Notes under the pieces: model-generated
What the model was told of the DNA's origin: nothing
What the model saw: the letters and a program-made list of their open reading frames with translations, nothing else
The model's database searches: none
Made by a program: the position numbers and the translations under genes
Shown here: in pieces, positions 55,437 through 64,000 of the stretch
Layout of the letters: each line of letters starts with the position of its first letter
How positions within the stretch are numbered: the stretch's first letter is position 1
Assembly: GCA_964016885.1 (NCBI GenBank)
Contig: OZ024743.1
Location: forward strand, 288,610,001-288,674,000
Direction of reading: 5' to 3'
Length of the DNA stretch: 64,000 nt
Source: Eledone cirrhosa
Taxonomy: Eukaryota

Positions 55437-55710
55437 AAATATATATATATATATATACATACATACATGTGTGTGCACGGAGTGGGTGTGTATTTCTGCG
55501 TGTGTGTATGGTATATATAATATGCTATGTGTTTAATGTTAGAACAAAATAACATTTTATTGGGTGAAAATATCACGTTTATTAATTTTTTAGACTGTCT
55601 CTTAACAGTTTTATTTCCACTGTAATTATATTTATAATTACATTTAACACCTAATTATTTTTCTAATATATGTCAATCACATTCTTCATGTGTATATATT
55701 ATGGTATATA

Positions 55711-56252
<542 letters not shown>

Positions 56253-56253
56253 A

Positions 56254-56435
56254 TTGTTTCTACTTTAGGCACAAGGCCAGCAATTACCCAGTGCATTACA
56301 GGTACTTTATTTTATCGACCCCGTAAGGATGAAAGGCAAAGTCAAACTCCGCGGGATTTGAACTCAGATCGTAAAGGGACGTAACTATGCTGGAAAGCAT
56401 GGCGTCCGACCCTCTACTGATACTGCCAATCCACC
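56254..56435 (-). mobile_element. Full-length ~180-bp tRNA-headed SINE
   Basis: Minus strand GGTGGATTGGCAGTATCAGTAGAG (A-box-like) .. GAGTTCAAATCCCG (B box) .. GCCTTTCATCCTTACGGGGTCGATAAAATAAAGTACC .. GGCCTTGTGCCTAAAGTAGAAACAA, then a (TTA)n tail. Confidence 0.85.
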
Positions 56436-56599
56436 AATAATAAATACCAGATAACAAACGTTTTCGTTGCCTTCATTTTACCGTCCATTTCGCGTTGTCT
56501 TCGCCTTCTTAAACATATCATTTTCTACATTATATAGAAATATGATGCTTCAAGCAAACTATAATATTCTATTATCCCTATTATTATTGGTATCGCTTC

Positions 56600-58090
56600 T
56601 GTTTTCATCATCCTCATTCTGGGTATTTCTCTCTCTAGATCTTTATATTTGGATAGTTTCTCCATTTCTTTGGTAGATATATTGTCGTCTATAGGGAGAG
56701 ATACATCAATTAAAAGAAATTTCTTCCGTGTAATCTTTTACGATAATATCTGGTTGGTTGGCTTTGCTCTCCCTGTCTGTATGTATTGTCATATCCTAGA
56801 GAATGGTTGCTTTGCGATTCTCTCATACCTTTGCTGGTGTGTACCTGTACTATCTTTTGCATGTTGCTATTTCATAATTACGAGTGGATGTGCACCTTTT
56901 TGGCTATGACTAGGCACCCAGAGCTAATTTGATTAATTGATTATTCTCCTCCTCCACATATTCTGCTGTTACTTATGTTCTTCTGGTGATTTCTGTTGAG
57001 GAGGCGATGGTCTTGTGCTGCAACTAGAAATCCTTCCATCTCAGCTTTTAATCCAGTGCTTCATAACCAATTTTTTGTATTTTGCTTGTCTAGTTCTTCT
57101 CCATTCAGCCTTTTCAGGTATTGGTCATACATGGGATTTTCTTGCCATCGTTTTAACACGGCATTCTTGGGGTTTGTTTTCAGATTGAATTTTAAGTTTT
57201 TCATAATTATCTGTTAATCTGGTTTCTGCTTTGAAATTATTGGCCTCCTTGAAGACTGAGTACATTTTTTAAAATCTTGTTTGTTTTCTTGTTGCATAAG
57301 GCACGTTCCTCCGTTTGTGGTAGGTATAATCTTTCTACCTCTGATCTCGATGGTTTATTCTAAATGCAGTCATTATTTTTCTTGTTTTTCTGTCTATTCC
57401 AGCTGCTTCTTTTAGTGTCCAGTTCGGAATATTAAAACTGTAGCTTACTACCAGGATCGCTAAGGTAGTGATGCTAATTACCGTATTCTTTGCATTTAGT
57501 TCAGTTTTAAGTAGTAATCTAATCTGTTTGTAGTATTCCTTTGTAATGTTGTCTTTCATCTGTGTATGTTGAACTCTATCTAATTCGTTGATTCCTAAGT
57601 ATTTGAATGTCTGTGTTTGATCTAATTCTCTTATCTAAGTTTCTTGTTCTAGCATGATATAGTTATTTTCATTAGTATTCCTTAGAGTTGCCTTGGCGCA
57701 ATTTTCTAGTCCAAATTTCATGCCTATTTCTTTTGTGAAGCCATGTACAGTTTGTAGAAGTATTTTCAGTTGTCTTTCGTTTGCAGCATACAGTTTTAGT
57801 TCATCCATATATCGGAGATGATTAATTTTCTTGTTGTAGTATTTATACCCTAGTCCAGTTCAGTTTAGTGTTGCAGTTAATAGTGTTAGTACTAAGCAGA
57901 AGAGCAGTGGTGATAGGGAGTCCTCTTGAAATATCTCTTTGATAAGGATGGGCTCAAGTTTTATAGTTTCACCTTTCATTTCTATTTGCAGAACTGTTTG
58001 TTACTCATGATATGCTCAATAAATGTTCATATTGTTGGTGCTGGTTTATTCATAGTTAGTGAGTTCATTATCCATGTATGGAATAACCAC
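56600..58090 (-). mobile_element. Decayed R4/Dong-like non-LTR retrotransposon (RT + restriction-like endonuclease remnant)
   Basis: Minus strand gives IFQEDSLSPLLFCL, INHLRYMDELKLYA, GMKFGLENCA, KYLGI, LLKTELNAKN, IDRKTRKIM, EGFLVAAQD and ANQPDIIV..LIDVS..SKYKDL. Confidence 0.75.
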
Positions 58091-58991
58091 GATATCAAAT
58101 TAAATAAACGTACAAGATTTCATGATTACATATCTAAAACAAAGTGAATGATTAGATAAACCCCAAGGAGGATCTAGTGACGGCATATAGCCTGGCGGTT
58201 ATGTTTTTTGGTTCGACCCTAATGTCGTGAGACAGATTCGCTTTGGAGTGTCATGTTGTTGAGAACGGCGCATATTATCATTTTTCTATACAGCTGAAAA
58301 TGAGTAACACTGGATGATGGTGCTTAACTTTGCAACGAAGAGGAAAGAGTCATGTGCTCCATGACGTTTATAGCCACACTACATGGCAATACCATAAGTC
58401 TTATAAGTGTCTAGATTCAAGAAAGAGTGTATCAGGGATGGTCTATTTTTAACGGGGCAAAGGAAGAAAGCTCGTTGCTCAGTTTGGGGTAACTCAATTC
58501 TACTTTAGCATAAAAATGATTGATCAGAAGAGGAATATATAGGAAAACGTTAACGTCTGTAGACCAGTGATGTTCAATAAAACCTATTTAATTCTTGTGT
58601 AAATCGTTTCTTAAATGAGGTAGTCATAATACGTCAAGCCAAAGATGTCAAACATTTATGAACATGGCAGAGGCTCGCTTATGTAATATGAATAACTGAT
58701 TGGTTGACATATACAAGAAAAATTTGTTGCATAAAATCTATAAGAAACAAGCAGGGAAAATGATATCAATAAGATCATATGATCCACATTTCTAGGCAGA
58801 ATACACAATACAGATTACACTCGAAATCGCGCCCCCCCCCCCCCATTCAAATATACATTGTCTAAATTGTCAAAGATTTCGATCAATCGATCATATTTGA
58901 GTTACCTCGCTTTCTTTTTCTTTTATTAATTTAAAAAATTAGCATACACATACACACACAAATACACTCTCTCACATACACACGCACAAGC

Positions 58992-59063
<72 letters not shown>

Positions 59064-59218
59064 ATATATACATATATATATATGTATATATACATATATA
59101 TATATAAGTTGTAGTAGTTTGGTGCATGCATTGTGCAATATGAAAATGAAAAACTGGGTATGAATAGTAACACACTTTTCGCTAGGTATAAACGCGCCCC
59201 CCCCCCCCACACACACGC

Positions 59219-59253
<35 letters not shown>

Positions 59254-59462
59254 TTTATTTTGTTTATCGTCTTCATATTCTATGATCAATTTTATGGAAG
59301 ACCTTTGAAAAGCCGATATATATCACATATACATGTAAGTGGTTTAGCAGCTGTTGCAATAGTCAGTTGCAATGTTGAAAATGCTGCGTAAGGCACTTTT
59401 TTTTGGACAAAGGCCATGCTGTGTTATATATATATATATATTATATTATATTATATTATATT

Positions 59463-59630
59463 TAGAGGGTCGGACGCCATGCTTTGCAGCAGAGTTACTT
59501 CCCTTTACGGACTGAGTTCAAATCTCGCTGAGGTTAACTTTGCCTTTCATCCTTACGGGGTCGATAAAATAAAGTACCAGTAATGTACTGGATAATTGCT
59601 AGCCTTGTGCCAAAAGTAGAAACAATTATA
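59463..59630 (+). mobile_element. SINE copy
   Basis: Same consensus on the + strand. Confidence 0.8.
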
Positions 59631-59810
59631 TTATACTATATTACATTATTTATTTATGTTTATACACGGAACCAAAAGCGGTGCCCAGGATTTGAAGATC
59701 CATCTACCCATATTTTGAACACATATGTGTGTGTGCTTGCGCGTGTGAATGTACATGTTTGTTGATTCGAAGATATATATAATATATATATACGTATGCA
59801 CACACACACG

Positions 59811-59873
<63 letters not shown>

Positions 59874-60389
59874 ATATATACCAATATGTATATAGGTGTG
59901 TTTATAGGGGTGTATAATTGATATGGAGTGACAGGAAAGCTTGCCACAAGAATTATACAATTATATAATTATACATGCTTGAATAAAAAGATTTAGTTAT
60001 ATGCTGGTATATGTGTATATATCAATTATGTATTTCTCAGCTTGTGGCCTATTGAGTAGGTGTATTTAAAGTGTGTGGGGGGTACATATGTCTTTGAGGG
60101 TTATTTGAGTGAGAGTAAAAGAGGGACACAGAGTAAAATATGGGATAGGGAAATAAACAGTTAGAAATAAACTTGGAGAGGAAATGGAAATGCTTAAAAG
60201 GGAAACCATGTGAGACTATTTACATCGAATTTCTTAAAGAATGAGTCACACACACACACTCACACACATGCACACATACACACACATGCACACTCACACA
60301 TGCACACGCACACAGACACACACACATACTCAAATACACACACGCACATATATAAATGTAGTCCGTAAATATCTATACATATGTATACA

Positions 60390-60451
<62 letters not shown>

Positions 60452-60562
60452 TTGTATGTATGTATATATATATATATATATATATATACATACATACAAT
60501 CTACATGTATACATGATTACATATGCACATAAATATATTAAAAAAACATACATACATACATA

Positions 60563-60667
60563 CCGCCGAGGTTAATCTCGCCTTTCATCCTTACGGGGTC
60601 GATAAAATAAAGTACCAGTAATGCACTGGGTAATTGCTGGCCTTGTGCCAAAAGTAGAAACAATTAT
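60563..60667 (+). mobile_element. 5'-truncated SINE copy
   Basis: CCGCCGAGGTTAA..GTAGAAACAATTATT. Confidence 0.8.
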
Positions 60668-61887
60668 ATAAAGACATACATGCATACACACATTCTTGGG
60701 CACATACATACATATGTGATCATGACCATGAGGCTCTCGGTCGGTTAGGACGACGAGTGTTCCAATTGATCCAATCAATGCAACAGCCTGCTCGTGAAAT
60801 TAACGTGCAAGTTGTTGAGCATTCCACAGACACGCGTACACTTAAGGTAGTTATGAGGGAGACTCAGCGTGACACAGAATGTGACAAGGCTGGCCATTTG
60901 AATTACAGCTATAACTCATTTCTGTCAGCTGAGTGGACAGGAGCAACGTAAATAAAATCTCTGGCTGAAGGACACAACGCACCGCCAGGAATCGAACTCA
61001 CGACTTTAAGATTGTAAGCCGAATACTTTAACAACAAAGCCATGCGCCTTCACATACATACGTATATAATTCCATCCATCCATCCATATATACATGCATA
61101 CATATAACCATACATACATACTTCCAACCTTCCATACATGATAGCAGCAAACTCTGCTAAGGGTATTGCAATCGTTTGTCAGATTATAGAGTTTGGTGTA
61201 CTCAGCGAAAACGAACATGTAACATGTCCTGAACAAGCAATGTCTGTGCTTTGAATCTTTTTTAAGTGGGGAAGGCCTTGCACTGGACCAATCTCACTCT
61301 CTGAACATCTAAAGCACTACCCGAAAAGGGGAACTGCTCAACACAATCGGATGCTTCCGAAGACGCAGTTTTTTATTTATTTTTAGAGTTTCCTTCTTCT
61401 AGAAAGGTGTTGTGACAATAACTGAGGGCCTTTCAGGTGAAAAAAAAAAAGTCGGGTCGCACTCGAGTGCTACTGGTAACATGTAACTCATTACAACCTG
61501 TCTAATGGTCAGGTCCTCGGCGACTAAACCGGCAACTCCATCACGCTTGCTTGGCGCGGAAGGTTGATATTTGAACACCCTGCGGGATGAAATACAAGAC
61601 CCGGCAAAGGGCGCAGGAACTCAAAAGAATCAACGGTTATCCCAAATAGTACATATTAATATATATATATACAAGCAAACATACTTACGTCACATCTGTT
61701 GCAGACGGCTTCGAACGAGAATTCAAAATGTTACTGATAGTATAAAATGCTGCACAGCCCATAAATCATTTTCACATTATTTGAATGGTCAATATTACAT
61801 AATCTTCAATATGTTATATAATAAATATCGTCTGCTGTACTGTAAATTATAAATGACGAAGCGTTAAGTCTGTACAATATACAAGAG

Positions 61888-61925
<38 letters not shown>

Positions 61926-62029
61926 ATACTCTGGGAATGTATCTTACATTGCCCATGGAGTGCGCTGAGATATGACCGGTGCTGGCATTGGTAAATATGC
62001 TGGGTCTATCAACCCTTATTATATATATG

Positions 62030-62209
62030 TGGATTCGCAGTATCGGTAGGGGGTCAGACGCCATGCTTTGACGCATAGAGTTACGGCCCTTGCCATTCTG
62101 AGTTCAAATCCCCACGAGGTTAACTTTGCCTTTTATCCTTATGGGGTCGATAAAATAAAGTACCAGTAATACACTGGGTAATTGCTGGCCTTGTGCCAAA
62201 AGTAGAAAC

Positions 62210-62215
<6 letters not shown>
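62030..62215 (+). mobile_element. SINE copy
   Basis: Same consensus on the + strand, followed by (TA)n. Confidence 0.8.
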
Positions 62216-62250
<35 letters not shown>

Positions 62251-62340
62251 AGAGTTATATATGTATATATATATATCTTTTTTAGATATTTGTATTAATA
62301 TACACACGAACATAAAGATCATAAATGTGTGGGTATATAT

Positions 62341-62938
62341 AGTTGGTGCTACTGGTAACATGTATTCCAGTACAACCTGTCTCATGGTCGGGTCGTTGGC
62401 GACTAAACTGGCAACCCCACCAAGGTTTCTTTGTGAGGAGGGTGACTTTGGACATCCTGCAGGACTAAAAACAAAACCTGTCAAAGGGCAAAGGAGCTCT
62501 TAAGAGCCAATGGCCATCCAAAATCACCGGGAGAGATGACCCCTTAGCCTTTTTCAAGGCAGAATTCTAGGAGTAGGAAAACTCTGATATAACTCCTGCA
62601 ATCCTGATGGTATCCAATGATGTGACTTGTTCTTCTTTTTGGTAAATATCATCTTGGTTAAGAGAGTGGGACTGGCTTTGTGCAGTGCCTTTGCTCACTA
62701 TAAAAGCTTCACGGCACAGGCATTGCTTTATATCTGGAGATCTCTCTGCACTTGTCGTCACATGGTACCATGGGCCCAGCACTATGTGTCAATAATTGTC
62801 ACAAGTATAGTGTTTGTACCAGAGTTTTCAAGTCGCTGGCTGGACTAAAAAGTCACACTCGTTCAGCGCATCAGTAGGCGTTCTCCTACAGGGATATAAA
62901 GTAATGGCCGTACTCGAAAACGAGTTGGCAGCCACCAT
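62341..62938 (+). mobile_element. ~600-bp bipartite non-autonomous RTE-derived element, copy 2
   Basis: Aligns end to end with 20502-21100 with only scattered substitutions and small indels. Diverged relatives at ~47940-48195 and ~61270-61640. Confidence 0.7.
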
Positions 62939-62952
62939 ATATATATATATAA

Positions 62953-63009
<57 letters not shown>

Positions 63010-63123
63010 TGTACATATATACGTGTGTCTGTATATTATTATTTATATACACACATGCATACACTCATACACTCATACAGACACGCAGACAGATACACAC
63101 ACACACACATACACACACACACA

Positions 63124-63187
<64 letters not shown>

Positions 63188-63431
63188 CGTACAGATAGTT
63201 ATCGTGCAAAATCTTGTAAAATACATCTGCACTGCGTAAGTGCACTGGATGGCATTTAGAACAGAAGCTCCAGGTATATTATTACTTATCTTCTGTCTAA
63301 ATATGATGTTCTTATTAACGATATATGTTGATTTTCTCGTTTTGTTTTTGTTGCTTTGCTCATTCGCGTTTAGTTTTTGGTTATGCAATACATGTATATA
63401 TGAATGAAATCATAATAGTTGGGGTTCTTAA

Positions 63432-63538
<107 letters not shown>

Positions 63539-63625
63539 GGGGAGAGAGAGAGGGGGAGAGAGAGAGCGAAAGAGAGAGAGAGGGAGAGAGAGAGAGCGAT
63601 TTGCTAGCCTGTATGTAGGTATATC

Positions 63626-63765
63626 AGAAAAGGTGTGGTAAAATACCAGGTGGAACATAACCCAACAGAGCACTCGATACTTGGGGTAGTAGAGTGTGTA
63701 ATTTAAAAAGATTCGGATCTAGTTGTCGAAGCGGCCTGAGCTCTGTTCCTCGGGTTCCTGAATCG

Positions 63766-63768
<3 letters not shown>
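63626..63768. mobile_element. Fold-back repeat family A, diverged and internally deleted copy 6
   Basis: Antisense tail (GTGTGGTAAAATACCAGGTGG..CTCGATACTTGGGGTAGTAGAGTG) joined to sense TTCGGATCTAGTTGTCGAAGCGGCCTGAGCTC.., then (TA)n. Confidence 0.6.
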
Positions 63769-63824
<56 letters not shown>

Positions 63825-63865
63825 CGAAACATAAGTCAATTGCATGAACTCATAATCCTTTATTT

Positions 63866-63921
63866 ACTGCTATATATATTTCTATGATAGCCATTGAATG
63901 GCTATGACCTCATCAGGCAGT
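63866..63921 (-). ncRNA. Hammerhead-ribozyme-like motif
   Basis: Minus strand reads ACTGC-CTGATGA-GGTC-ATAGCCAT-TCA-ATGGCTAT-CATA-GAAA-TATATA-TA-GCAGT. Stem I is ACTGC/GCAGT and the base of stem II is mismatched. Confidence 0.62.
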
Positions 63922-64000
63922 TAGTCAGTTCTTAGATATGCCAGCTCTGTGTTTATAGTGTTGATGGTATCAGAGCCTTGGGACATATCTATAATAGTTG

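Noticed and set aside
56340-56435. tRNA gene
   Set aside because: A- and B-box-like motifs belong to SINE heads and no cloverleaf can be formed.

Overview
AT-rich, microsatellite-saturated eukaryotic DNA. The repeat content resembles an octopus/coleoid cephalopod genome (inference from repeat style, not from a search). The only host coding sequence I can support is one 861-bp phase-0/phase-0 exon (39510-40370, minus strand) of an ARID3/dead ringer-type transcription factor. It ends in HHWTFQEQFKQ, just before the ARID domain. No other exon is recognisable, so most of the window is probably intron. The rest is mobile DNA: a 5'-truncated, disrupted L1/Tx1-type LINE lying between (TCTA)n tracts, a decayed Penelope-like element (RT + GIY-YIG), decayed RTE and R4/Dong-type LINE fragments, two near-identical ~600-bp bipartite non-autonomous RTE derivatives, and at least 13 copies of a tRNA-headed SINE. 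Nearly all listed ORFs are microsatellite artefacts. The most interesting signal is not in the ORF track. About ten hammerhead-ribozyme-like motifs (CTGANGA..stem II..GAAA..UH) from several distinct short repeat families are embedded in or next to (TA)n tracts. Many sit inside fold-back (palindromic) insertions, and one family shares its ribozyme and terminus with the Penelope element. This suggests a system of (TA)n-associated, ribozyme-carrying, fold-back non-autonomous Penelope derivatives. All structures were read by eye and ribozyme activity is untested.
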